From a virus (Duplodnaviria > Caudoviricetes), in the IMG/VR virus record IMGVR_UViG_3300042892_000699: a stretch of DNA of 64,000 bases, one strand, 5' to 3'. The notes beneath the pieces are model-generated. The model was not told where the DNA came from. It saw nothing but the letters and a program-made list of their open reading frames with translations, and made no database searches. Below, one piece after another: positions 27,172 to 35,965 of the stretch; position 1 is the stretch's first letter, and every line of letters starts with the position of its first letter. Position numbers and translations under genes: made by a program.

Positions 27172-27201
27172 TACTTATCACCTCTCTTAAAGGTCTATTA
27201 A

Positions 27202-28050
27202 ATGAGCAAAATTAAAGTATCCGAACTATTCTATTCAATCCAAGGAGAAGGGCGTTATATGGGCGTCCCTTCTGTATTCTTACGTACATATGGCTGCAAC
27301 TTTACCTGTCAAGGTTTTGGTATGCCACGCGGTGAACTGAGCGCAGAAGCAGATAAAATTGCAGAACGTGCTGTTGAATTTGCAGAATACAAATCACTTC
27401 CGCTAGTTAGCACAGGCTGCGACAGTTATGCAAGTTGGCATCCTGCATTTAAAGACCTAAGCCCGATGATCGAAACTGAAGGTCTTGCTAAGGCTGTAGT
27501 TGATACATTGCCGTTTAAAGAATGGCGTGACGAACATCTTGTTATCACGGGTGGTGAGCCGTTGTTGGGGTGGCAAAAGGCCTATCCAGATTTGCTGAAT
27601 CAACCTTGCATGAAAGGTCTTAAAGAAATTACTTTTGAAACTAACGGTACAATGCGTTTAACTGAAAAGTTTAAAGAATATCTAACAGACTGGACATTCG
27701 GCGGAGATGATAGAGAGATTACATTTAGCGTAAGTGCTAAACTGCCGGCAAGCGGCGAGCCCTGGAAAGATGCTATTAAACCCAAAGTTGTTTGCGACTA
27801 TGAGAATTATGGAACAGCATATTTGAAGTTTGTTGTAGAAACAGAACAAGATATCGAAGATGCACTAAGGGCTACAGAAGAATTCCGCGCTGAAGGATTT
27901 ACTGGCCATGTATATTTGATGCCGGTAGGTGGAGTAGAGAGTGTTTACGCATTAAATAATAAAACAGTAGCAATAGCCGCTATGAAAAACGGACTCCGTT
28001 ATAGCGATAGATTGCAAGTTCCATTGTTTAAGAACGAATGGGGTACTTGA
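27202..28050 (+). CDS. queE: 7-carboxy-7-deazaguanine synthase QueE
   Basis: VSELFYSIQGEG...PSVFLRTYGCNFTC...CDS...VITGGEP...FETNG...SAKL...RLQ. Confidence 0.9.
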   Translation: MSKIKVSELFYSIQGEGRYMGVPSVFLRTYGCNFTCQGFGMPRGELSAEADKIAERAVEFAEYKSLPLVSTGCDSYASWHPAFKDLSPMIETEGLAKAVVDTLPFKEWRDEHLVITGGEPLLGWQKAYPDLLNQPCMKGLKEITFETNGTMRLTEKFKEYLTDWTFGGDDREITFSVSAKLPASGEPWKDAIKPKVVCDYENYGTAYLKFVVETEQDIEDALRATEEFRAEGFTGHVYLMPVGGVESVYALNNKTVAIAAMKNGLRYSDRLQVPLFKNEWGT

Positions 28051-28051
28051 T

Positions 28052-28519
28052 ATGAACAAATTTATTAAAAAACTTTTTGGCATTGATAAGATCGAAAAAG
28101 CTATTTCCGATGCCGAGACTAGAATGAGTCAAGCAGTAGACGAAACGGCGGCTCAACAAAGAGAAGCGGAACGAGCAAGACAGGCAGCAGTACAAGCACA
28201 AGAAGAAGAAAGACTTGCGAAGCTTGGACCAAAGGCGCTTGCTACTGAAAAAAAAGAACCTTGGGTGGCGGTACTGGATACTCATGTAAACAAGGACAAT
28301 ATCCGCAATGGTTTTTTTGAGCTTGACTGGAATGAATACTTTGTGTTACAGTTAAAAGAAGCTGGTTACAAAGGCGAAACAGAAGAGGCAGTTGTTGATC
28401 AGTGGTTCCAAGAACTTTGCAAAGGTGTTGGGTCAGAATCTGGCGTTGACATGGATCGTAGAGGTAGTGGATTTATTAACGTAAACAATTTAGGCGACGG
28501 TAAGTCGGAAGTATTTTAA
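28052..28519 (+). CDS. Hypothetical protein
   Basis: Clean ORF with coiled-coil N-terminus. Confidence 0.55.
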   Translation: MNKFIKKLFGIDKIEKAISDAETRMSQAVDETAAQQREAERARQAAVQAQEEERLAKLGPKALATEKKEPWVAVLDTHVNKDNIRNGFFELDWNEYFVLQLKEAGYKGETEEAVVDQWFQELCKGVGSESGVDMDRRGSGFINVNNLGDGKSEVF

Positions 28520-29511
28520 TGTCAAAAACATATATCCTTGTGGATACAGCAAACACGTTCTTTCGGGCACGTCACGTAGTTCGTGGCAGCATCGAAGACA
28601 AAGTAGGTATGAGTATCTCTACTGTATTGAGCAGTGTTCGCAAGGCGTGGCGAGAATTTAATGGTAACCATGTTATCTTTTTCTTAGAGGGGCGTAGCTG
28701 GCGCAAGGACTATTATGCTCCCTATAAGCGGCAGCGTACAGAAGCCCGGGCAGCTCAGAGTCCACGCGAACAAGAAGAGGATCGAGTGTTTTGGGAAACG
28801 TTTGATCAGTTTAAAGATTTTGTTACCAACAAGACTAATTGTACTGTTTTACAACATCCGCAGCTCGAAGCTGATGATTTAATTGCAGGCTGGATTCAAA
28901 GTCATCCAGCTGACAGCCATGTGATTATTTCGACAGACGGCGACTTCGCACAATTAATTGCACCAAATGTAAAACAGTATAACGGAGTAATGCAAGTTAC
29001 TACAACGCACCAGGGCTACTTTGATGAAAAAGGTAAACGTGTAATCGACAAGAAAACACTGTTGCCGAAACCCGAACCTGATCCTATTTGGTTGTTGTTT
29101 GAAAAATGTATGCGTGGCGATACAAGCGACAACATCTTCAGTGCATATCCCGGTGTCCGTGAAAAGGGTACAAAGAACAAAATTGGACTTCGTGAAGCAT
29201 TTGCAGACCGCGATAGCAAAGGCTACAATTGGAACAATATGATGTTGCAGAAGTGGACTGATCACGAAGGTGTCGAGCATCGTGTATTGGATGATTATAA
29301 TCGAAATGTAGTGTTGTGCGATCTTACCGCACAGCCCAATAATATTAAGTTGTTAATTACAGAAACAATCACTGGTGCAACCACTGCAAATAAGAATATT
29401 CCACAAGTCGGTGTACGACTATTAAAATACTGTGCAGAATACGATCTGCCTAAGATTGGCGAGCAGGTTACTAGTTATGCAGAACCTCTTAATGCTCGTT
29501 ACTCAGCATGA
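28519..29511 (+). CDS. rnh: 5'-3' exonuclease / RNase H (T4 Rnh/FEN family)
   Basis: LVDTAN, EADDLIA, STDGDFAQL, GDTSDNI motifs. Confidence 0.85.
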   Translation: MSKTYILVDTANTFFRARHVVRGSIEDKVGMSISTVLSSVRKAWREFNGNHVIFFLEGRSWRKDYYAPYKRQRTEARAAQSPREQEEDRVFWETFDQFKDFVTNKTNCTVLQHPQLEADDLIAGWIQSHPADSHVIISTDGDFAQLIAPNVKQYNGVMQVTTTHQGYFDEKGKRVIDKKTLLPKPEPDPIWLLFEKCMRGDTSDNIFSAYPGVREKGTKNKIGLREAFADRDSKGYNWNNMMLQKWTDHEGVEHRVLDDYNRNVVLCDLTAQPNNIKLLITETITGATTANKNIPQVGVRLLKYCAEYDLPKIGEQVTSYAEPLNARYSA

Positions 29512-29531
29512 ATATCAGCAAGGAAGATAAT

Positions 29532-30005
29532 ATGAATGTAATTTCAAAAGTATTAGTACCAAATAAAGAATGGCTTATTAAGGACGAAGACAAAAAAATA
29601 GGGTCCATTGCTAAACATAAAAAAGGTTACGAATTTTTACGCAAAGGACAAAAGTTTGAATTTAAAAATTTAGATGAACTTAAACAAGAGTTAGGAATTA
29701 CCTTAAGTGATTCTGTTAAAAAATCTAACGAACCAGAATCTGTAACATTTTCCATATATGATTATCCTTGCGGATCTAAACCATACGATCCTATGTATAA
29801 CGTAAAGAAAAAGTTACCGTTATTTGCTAAAAGTGATAAAAGTAAAAGTCAATATTGTGCAGGTTACTATGTTATTAAATTCCGTAAAGGGTGGGTTAAA
29901 AGTTTTTGTCCTAAATTAATTACTCTTGAAAGGTATCCCTTTCATGGGCCTTACAAAACAGAATCCGAAATGAAAGCTGCACTAAACACAGTTAACAAAC
30001 AATGA
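29532..30005 (+). CDS. Hypothetical protein
   Basis: AAGGA SD favours ATG 29532 over 29508. Confidence 0.5.
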   Translation: MNVISKVLVPNKEWLIKDEDKKIGSIAKHKKGYEFLRKGQKFEFKNLDELKQELGITLSDSVKKSNEPESVTFSIYDYPCGSKPYDPMYNVKKKLPLFAKSDKSKSQYCAGYYVIKFRKGWVKSFCPKLITLERYPFHGPYKTESEMKAALNTVNKQ

Positions 30006-30223
30006 AACAACTCAATACATTACCGATTGAAGACTTTTTAAATAAAGCTAGAATTGCAATTAAAAGTAATCAAAATTCAGTTACTTTAAGCATAAAAGAG
30101 GTTACAGATTTGCAAAATAGTCTTAGTATTGTAATGACTAGGCTTGCAGGCGAGTTAGATGTAATAGCAAAAAATCAAAATAATGATGTAATCCAGATTA
30201 AAATGGATGGTGGTAAATTTTAA
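30002..30223 (+). CDS. Hypothetical protein
   Basis: Overlapping start/stop. Confidence 0.5.
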   Translation: MKQLNTLPIEDFLNKARIAIKSNQNSVTLSIKEVTDLQNSLSIVMTRLAGELDVIAKNQNNDVIQIKMDGGKF

Positions 30224-30264
30224 ATACCCTGCTAAATATATACGCACTTTTCGGAGACGTATGT

Positions 30265-30564
30265 ATGAGCAGACCAAAACCAAATATTTTATTAGAGATT
30301 ACAAATAAAAAGAATTACAAAACTGATCAGGTTTTGGAAGCTGATGCTATCTGGGCTGTATTCTACAAAGACAAACCTATCAATTTAAAAACCAGCAGTG
30401 TAGTAGCACAACAACTAGGTCCAAAGTATAAAAAAGTAAGTTTTTCAAATAGTGGACATGCGTTTAATCTATCCGAAAAACTAAACAAAACTTTCAATAC
30501 AACAGACTTTTCCGTGTATAAGTTGACTACCGGAGAAAAAGTCGAAAATGAATCCGAAGCATGA
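30265..30564 (+). CDS. Hypothetical protein
   Basis: GGAG SD; TAAATA motifs at 30221 and 30233. Confidence 0.55.
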   Translation: MSRPKPNILLEITNKKNYKTDQVLEADAIWAVFYKDKPINLKTSSVVAQQLGPKYKKVSFSNSGHAFNLSEKLNKTFNTTDFSVYKLTTGEKVENESEA

Positions 30565-30937
30565 AATAACCAAAGCTGTCCTGGAGTCATTAGGATTGCC
30601 CGCCGACGAACAAAGGATCAAAAAAACTATTCCTACCTGGTGGGTTAACACCAGAAACAAGCTCAAAGGTGGGCTACGCCTAACTGAGCAAGGGTTCGAA
30701 TGTCTCCAGAAAGCAGATATTAAATGTTATGAGATAAAATTTGAAGAACCCATTTTATTCACTAATGAATTAGCCATTTGGATAGATCAAAATATTGATT
30801 GCCCGTTTTACTTAACTGCTCGAAAAATATGGGTTTTTGGTGAGAAAACCGCAGTACAATTAGTGTTGTTTTCTGGCAACATAGCTAAATTTCATAGAGC
30901 CCAAAAAAGATTTACAGAAAAACAGAAAACATCTTGA
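30548..30937 (+). CDS. Hypothetical protein
   Basis: Clean ORF. Confidence 0.5.
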   Translation: MNPKHEITKAVLESLGLPADEQRIKKTIPTWWVNTRNKLKGGLRLTEQGFECLQKADIKCYEIKFEEPILFTNELAIWIDQNIDCPFYLTARKIWVFGEKTAVQLVLFSGNIAKFHRAQKRFTEKQKTS

Positions 30938-30962
30938 CAAGACCGCAGATCTTTGCTACAAT
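30934..30962 (+). promoter_or_regulatory. sigma70-type promoter for the MoxR ATPase
   Basis: TTGACA-N17-TACAAT. Confidence 0.75.
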
Positions 30963-31012
30963 AGTGACACTGTAAACAATTTACTTTAACAGTTTTTTAA
31001 AGAAAGCGCACT

Positions 31013-32095
31013 ATGTCAAAAGAAATTTCCGCAAATCGCACAGTTGGTCCAAACGAAGCTAAGGCAGCTATCCGTAAATGCTTGAAAAAGCAACGTCCGG
31101 TTTTTATGTGGGGTCCCCCCGGTATTGGTAAATCCGATATTGTTAAACAACTAGGCGATGAGTCAGATCGCGAAGTCATCGACGTTCGTTTGAGTTTATG
31201 GGAACCTACTGACATTAAAGGTATTCCGTATTACAATTCTACTTCCAATACAATGACTTGGGCACCTCCTGCAGAACTGCCTACAGATCCAGAGTCTACT
31301 GCTATTCTGTTTTTGGATGAATTGAACTCTGCGGCTCCTGCTACACAGGCAGCGGCTTTCCAGTTAGTATTGAATCGTCGTGTTGGTACTTATCAATTGC
31401 CAAAAGGTGTTAGCATTGTTGCCGCAGGTAACCGTGAAACTGACAAGGGTGTTACTTATCGTATGCCTGCTCCGTTGGCTAACCGTTTCCTGCATTTGGA
31501 ACTCCGTACAGATTTTGAAGACTGGCATCAGTGGGCAGTTAACAATAGAATTCACGAACAGGTTGTCGGTTATATTGGTTTTGCCAAGCAGGACTTGTAT
31601 GACTTTGATCCAAAGTCTAGCTCACGCTCATTTGCTACTCCTCGCTCGTGGTCATTTGTATCCGAATTGTTGGAGGAAGATGATGTTCCAGAAAACACAT
31701 TAACTGATTTGATTGCAGGTGCTATCGGTGAGGGCCTTGCTGTTAAATTTATGGCACACCGCAAGGTTGCTAAACAGATGCCGAAACCAGAAGATATCTT
31801 AGCAGGTAAGATTAAGAAATCGGATATCAAAGAAATCTCTGCTATGTATTCGTTGACTATTAGCCTGTGCTACGAGCTCCAAGAAGCTGATAAAAAGAAA
31901 GCTAAGAACTGGGATGAAATGGCAGACAACTTCTTTGGATTCATGATGGATAACTTCCCAACTGAATTAGTTGTTATGGGTGCAAAGGTTGCGTTGACTA
32001 ACTATCAACTGCCGTTTGATGCTAGCAAATTGAAGAACTTTGACAAGTTCCACGATAAGTACGGCAAGTACATTATCCAGGCAATGGAAGGTTAA
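31013..32095 (+). CDS. MoxR-family AAA+ ATPase
   Basis: Walker A GPPGIGKS, Walker B ILFLDELN, AAGNR sensor, PLANRF arginine finger, ATPRSW. Confidence 0.9.
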   Translation: MSKEISANRTVGPNEAKAAIRKCLKKQRPVFMWGPPGIGKSDIVKQLGDESDREVIDVRLSLWEPTDIKGIPYYNSTSNTMTWAPPAELPTDPESTAILFLDELNSAAPATQAAAFQLVLNRRVGTYQLPKGVSIVAAGNRETDKGVTYRMPAPLANRFLHLELRTDFEDWHQWAVNNRIHEQVVGYIGFAKQDLYDFDPKSSSRSFATPRSWSFVSELLEEDDVPENTLTDLIAGAIGEGLAVKFMAHRKVAKQMPKPEDILAGKIKKSDIKEISAMYSLTISLCYELQEADKKKAKNWDEMADNFFGFMMDNFPTELVVMGAKVALTNYQLPFDASKLKNFDKFHDKYGKYIIQAMEG

Positions 32096-32099
32096 AATT

Positions 32100-32118
32100 G
32101 GCCCTTAGGGGCCTTTTT
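32100..32118 (+). terminator. Rho-independent terminator
   Basis: GGCCC-TTAG-GGGCC followed by TTTTT, just after the ATPase stop. Confidence 0.75.
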
Positions 32119-32120
32119 AC

Positions 32121-32149
32121 TTGCTCTTTTGATAAATTGAATGTATAAT
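32121..32149 (+). promoter_or_regulatory. sigma70-type promoter for the VWA/metallopeptidase gene
   Basis: TTGCTC-N17-TATAAT, then AGGAG SD. Confidence 0.65.
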
Positions 32150-32175
32150 AGTACTATCGCAACTAGGAGTAATAA

Positions 32176-33444
32176 ATGTCCGCAGTAATGAAACAAGAAA
32201 AACAAAAGAAACAAGATTGGTTAGGTAAAACTTTTAGCGAAAGTGAAAAAGCTAAAATTCTCGATAAACTAATTACCGCACGAGTTGGGCTCTTGCTCCG
32301 CCATCCGTTTTTTGGTAATCTTGCTACCCGAATGAAAATGGTAGAGGCTAGCGACTGGTGTCAAACCCTTGCAACAGATGGTCGCAATTTTTATTTTAAT
32401 TTAGGATTTGTAAATAAACTTACTCCTAAGGAAGCAGAGTTTGGCTTTGCACACGAGGTCCTCCATAATGTATTTGATCATATGGGTCGGCGAGACGGGC
32501 GCGACCCTCAACTGTCAAACATTGCCGCAGACTATGCCGCTAACCAAATTCTTAAAGACGAACGTATCGGTACAGTTCCTAGCTTTATTAAGATTTTCCA
32601 GGACGACAAATATCGCGGATGGAGTTACGAGCAGATTTATCAGGACCTTTACGACAAGGCTGAAAAGATTGATATTTCCCAATTAGGGGAATTGCTCGAC
32701 GAACACCTAGATGGTGAGGGTGAAGATGGGGAAGGTGAAGGCAAAGATGGAGAAGAAATTGACGGAAGTAGTAAGGGCCGGCCACGTTTGACTGCAGAAG
32801 AAAAGAAACAAATCCGTGATGAGATCAAAGAAGCTATGGTAGCGGCTGCTCAATCAGCAGGTGCAGGTAAAGTGCCTGCAGGTATTGCTAGAATGATCAA
32901 AGACTTTACTGAGCCAAAGATGGACTGGCGACAACTGTTGCGCATGAATATCCAAAGTATTCTTAAAAGCAATTTTAGCTTTGCTCGCCCTAACCGCAAG
33001 AGTCAACAATGTGGCGCTATCTTGCCAGGTATGATGAATGAAGAAACTATTGACGTATCTGTAGCAATCGATATGTCTGGTAGTATTTCAGATGCTATGG
33101 CTAAAGATTTCTTGTCAGAAGTCAAAGGTATTATGGATGAGTACAAGGACTTTAAATTAGATTTGTGGTGTTTTGATACTAACGTATACGGTTACAAACA
33201 ATTTACCGGAGATACTGCTGATGATATTAACGAGTACGATTGCCAAGGTGGCGGTGGTACTGATTTTGATGCAAACTGGGAATTCATGAAGTACAATGAT
33301 ATTCAACCCAAGAAGTTTATTATGTTTACTGACGGTTATCCCTGCGGTAGCTGGGGAGATGAAGATTATTGTGATACTATCTTTATTATTCACGGTAACG
33401 ATGCCATAATTTCTCCATTCGGCCAGACCGCGCATTATAAATAA
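32176..33444 (+). CDS. DUF2201-type metallopeptidase plus VWA domain protein (MoxR partner)
   Basis: TLATDG...AHEVLH (HExxH), acidic linker, VAIDMSGSI MIDAS, GGGGTDF, MFTDG. Confidence 0.85.
   Translation: MSAVMKQEKQKKQDWLGKTFSESEKAKILDKLITARVGLLLRHPFFGNLATRMKMVEASDWCQTLATDGRNFYFNLGFVNKLTPKEAEFGFAHEVLHNVFDHMGRRDGRDPQLSNIAADYAANQILKDERIGTVPSFIKIFQDDKYRGWSYEQIYQDLYDKAEKIDISQLGELLDEHLDGEGEDGEGEGKDGEEIDGSSKGRPRLTAEEKKQIRDEIKEAMVAAAQSAGAGKVPAGIARMIKDFTEPKMDWRQLLRMNIQSILKSNFSFARPNRKSQQCGAILPGMMNEETIDVSVAIDMSGSISDAMAKDFLSEVKGIMDEYKDFKLDLWCFDTNVYGYKQFTGDTADDINEYDCQGGGGTDFDANWEFMKYNDIQPKKFIMFTDGYPCGSWGDEDYCDTIFIIHGNDAIISPFGQTAHYK
33436..33443 (+). promoter_or_regulatory. T4-type late promoter TATAAATA
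   Basis: Perfect TATAAATA 13 nt upstream of ATG 33457. TAAATA cores also at 2218, 7457, 8169, 13200, 30233 (+) and 40665, 60848, 61318 (-). Confidence 0.6.
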
Positions 33445-33456
33445 TATAGGTAGATT

Positions 33457-33747
33457 ATGGCATTAAATAGAGGAACGGTAAATGCTTTAAATGTTCTAGG
33501 ATTTAGAAAACTATCTTTTATTCCAGAACATTTTTCCAAAATCTCTATTGATTCAAAGTTTGATACCAAAATTATAGAACAATGGATCGAATATAATTTA
33601 AATAGCAGATACGCTATACAAGGAAAATATAGTTTAGATGCAAATAGGAAAATGATTTCTGTTATTGAAATAGGAATCGAGGATCCTAAAGAACTAACTA
33701 TGTTATCATTAGGATGTCAACATTTACATAAAAAAGGAATTAATTAA
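33457..33747 (+). CDS. Hypothetical protein
   Basis: Clean ORF after the late promoter motif. Confidence 0.5.
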   Translation: MALNRGTVNALNVLGFRKLSFIPEHFSKISIDSKFDTKIIEQWIEYNLNSRYAIQGKYSLDANRKMISVIEIGIEDPKELTMLSLGCQHLHKKGIN

Positions 33748-33990
33748 ATGGAAAATCAAGAAACAGTTCAAGACGCTAGTCAAGTAACTCCAGAGGCTGC
33801 GCCACCGCAACAACCAGATCTTACAATCACTGATCTAACAAATATCCGTGCGATCATTGATGTTGCAGTTCGTAGAGGGGCATTTGGAGCTTCGGAAGCG
33901 TCCGGAGTAGGCACAGTATTTGATAAACTAAACGCATTCTTAAATGCTGTTGCACCTCCTAAGTCAGACGACAAAGCACCAAAACAATAA
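33748..33990 (+). CDS. Hypothetical protein
   Basis: AAGGA SD. Confidence 0.55.
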   Translation: MENQETVQDASQVTPEAAPPQQPDLTITDLTNIRAIIDVAVRRGAFGASEASGVGTVFDKLNAFLNAVAPPKSDDKAPKQ

Positions 33991-34002
33991 AAGGAGATTC
34001 AC

Positions 34003-34608
34003 ATGAAACATGTGGGAAAAATGAAAAATAATGCTGCTCGAGTAGCAGTAGTTTATAGGACTGTTCCGGGAGAGCCCAACAACGCATTAGTAGTTGGGAC
34101 TAGTGGCTTGCCAGATGCTAATCACGATGCTTTGATGAGCGTTATTCAAAGTGAATCCGGTCAACAAGCAAACGAGTTAGCTGACATCTTAGCAACACGC
34201 CGATTCCCAGACGGTGATGTAATGCTAAGTTGGTTACACGCCCGTGGACAACTTAAAAAAGTTCCCACTAATCTCGTGTTAATGACTCCCAATACTCAAA
34301 CACAAATTCCATTGAATGAACTCAATGAAATGATTGCAACTCAGAAAGGAATCACTGTTGAGGATTTGGCTGTTAGTGATGGTCAGAAAAAATCTACCGT
34401 TACTAAAAAAGAAGCCAAGGAAGAAATTATTGTCGATGATATTATTGTCGACACTGCTCCTACAATTGCAGAAGCACCAGTTACTGCATCTGACTTGCGG
34501 TCAATGGCAGACAAACTTTCTAAGCAGGCAGCAGAGATGCGCCGCAAAGCAGACGAAATGTCTCCGCCAGTTAAGAAGACGGCTAAGGCAACAAAAGCCG
34601 AAGCTTAA
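34003..34608 (+). CDS. Hypothetical protein
   Basis: AAGGAG SD; low-complexity charged C-terminus. Confidence 0.55.
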   Translation: MKHVGKMKNNAARVAVVYRTVPGEPNNALVVGTSGLPDANHDALMSVIQSESGQQANELADILATRRFPDGDVMLSWLHARGQLKKVPTNLVLMTPNTQTQIPLNELNEMIATQKGITVEDLAVSDGQKKSTVTKKEAKEEIIVDDIIVDTAPTIAEAPVTASDLRSMADKLSKQAAEMRRKADEMSPPVKKTAKATKAEA

Positions 34609-35084
34609 TGATTAACTGTTTAGTTGCAGTTGAACGAAACCAGGGCATAGGATTTAATGGTCAAATGCCCTGGCCTCACCTTAGGGGTGATATGCAGTGG
34701 TTTAAACAAATGACAACTAATCAAGTTGTTATTATGGGTTCAACCACATATGATAGTTTGGGTAAATCTTTACCTAATAGAATTAATGTAGTGATAAGCA
34801 GAAAGAGAGTGCTAGGTGATCACACCTTTGACGACTGCGGTGCTGCCTTAGATTTTTGTTCTGTAGAATACCCTGATAAGGAAATTTTCATTATCGGCGG
34901 AAGTGCCGTTTATGAACAATATCTCGATATTATTGACAGATTTTATATTACCGAAATAGATGCAGACTATGAGTGTGATAAGTTTTTTGACCTTACCTAT
35001 GTAAAAGAACACTTTACAAAGGTTAAAGAACACGCTATACTTAATGACCCGATAAAATATACAATAAAAGAATACAACTTATGA
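34608..35084 (+). CDS. folA: Dihydrofolate reductase
   Basis: GIGFNGQMPW, DMQWFK, VIMG, LPNRINVVISR, IIGGS, YITEID. Confidence 0.93.
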   Translation: MINCLVAVERNQGIGFNGQMPWPHLRGDMQWFKQMTTNQVVIMGSTTYDSLGKSLPNRINVVISRKRVLGDHTFDDCGAALDFCSVEYPDKEIFIIGGSAVYEQYLDIIDRFYITEIDADYECDKFFDLTYVKEHFTKVKEHAILNDPIKYTIKEYNL

Positions 35085-35965
35085 CACATCCAGAACAAGC
35101 ATATCTCAATGCACTTAAAGACATTTTAGCAACAGGTGAACAGCGACCCGATAGAACTGGAGTCGGGACTATTAGTAAGTTCGGTGTACAATTGCGATTT
35201 GATCTGCAGAAAGGATTTCCTGCTGTTACTACTAAGAAGCTAGCATGGCGTGCCTGTGTTAGCGAACTGCTTTGGTTTATTGAAGGCAGTGGTGATGAGA
35301 ATCGCTTAAAGGAAATCCTACACGGTGAGCGTTATACCGATAAGAAAACTATATGGTCAGATAATGCCACAGCACCTTACTGGACAAACAAACGACTCCA
35401 GCGGCATGCAGGTGATCTCGGTCGTGTCTACGGCGTGCAATGGCGAAAGTGGCGTGCTCCGTTAGTTCGTATTAACAAAGTTGTCCTACAAAATTGCGAC
35501 CAGTTGCTTAATTTAATTGACGGCTTAAAGAAAGACCCTTACGGTCGTAGACATATCATTACTGCATGGAATCCAGGCGAACTAGAACTAATGGCATTAC
35601 CTCCGTGCCATATGATGAGTCAATTCTACGTAAGCAACGGGAAACTAAGTTGTTCAATGTATCAACGTAGTGCAGACATGTTCCTCGGAGTACCGTTTAA
35701 CATTGCCAGCTATGCACTGTTCACACATATGATTGCACAAGCCTGTGAATTAGAAGTCGGCGAACTTATTATTACCCTAGGTGACGCTCATATCTACACC
35801 AATCATGTTGATCAGGTTAACGAGCAATTAGCACGTAAGCCATTACCGTTGCCAGAGTTAAAACTAAACCCTGCTGTCAAAAACATCACAGGGTTTACAA
35901 TGGACGATATTGAATTGGTAAATTATACTAGTCACGATGCTATTAAAGCACCAATGGCTGTTTAA
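35081..35965 (+). CDS. thyA: Thymidylate synthase
   Basis: DRTGVGT, FPAVTTKK, GRVYGVQWR, MALPPCH, YQRSADMFLGVPFNIASY, DAHIY. Confidence 0.96.
   Translation: MTHPEQAYLNALKDILATGEQRPDRTGVGTISKFGVQLRFDLQKGFPAVTTKKLAWRACVSELLWFIEGSGDENRLKEILHGERYTDKKTIWSDNATAPYWTNKRLQRHAGDLGRVYGVQWRKWRAPLVRINKVVLQNCDQLLNLIDGLKKDPYGRRHIITAWNPGELELMALPPCHMMSQFYVSNGKLSCSMYQRSADMFLGVPFNIASYALFTHMIAQACELEVGELIITLGDAHIYTNHVDQVNEQLARKPLPLPELKLNPAVKNITGFTMDDIELVNYTSHDAIKAPMAV

Noticed and set aside
28248-28256. A-run in ORF 28052 as a second frameshift site
   Set aside because: No downstream structure or useful alternative ORF noticed; the ORF is complete as read.
17037-35965. Introns, inteins or homing endonucleases in polB and thyA
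   Set aside because: Both ORFs are continuous and of normal length, and no LAGLIDADG, HNH or GIY-YIG ORF was recognised.
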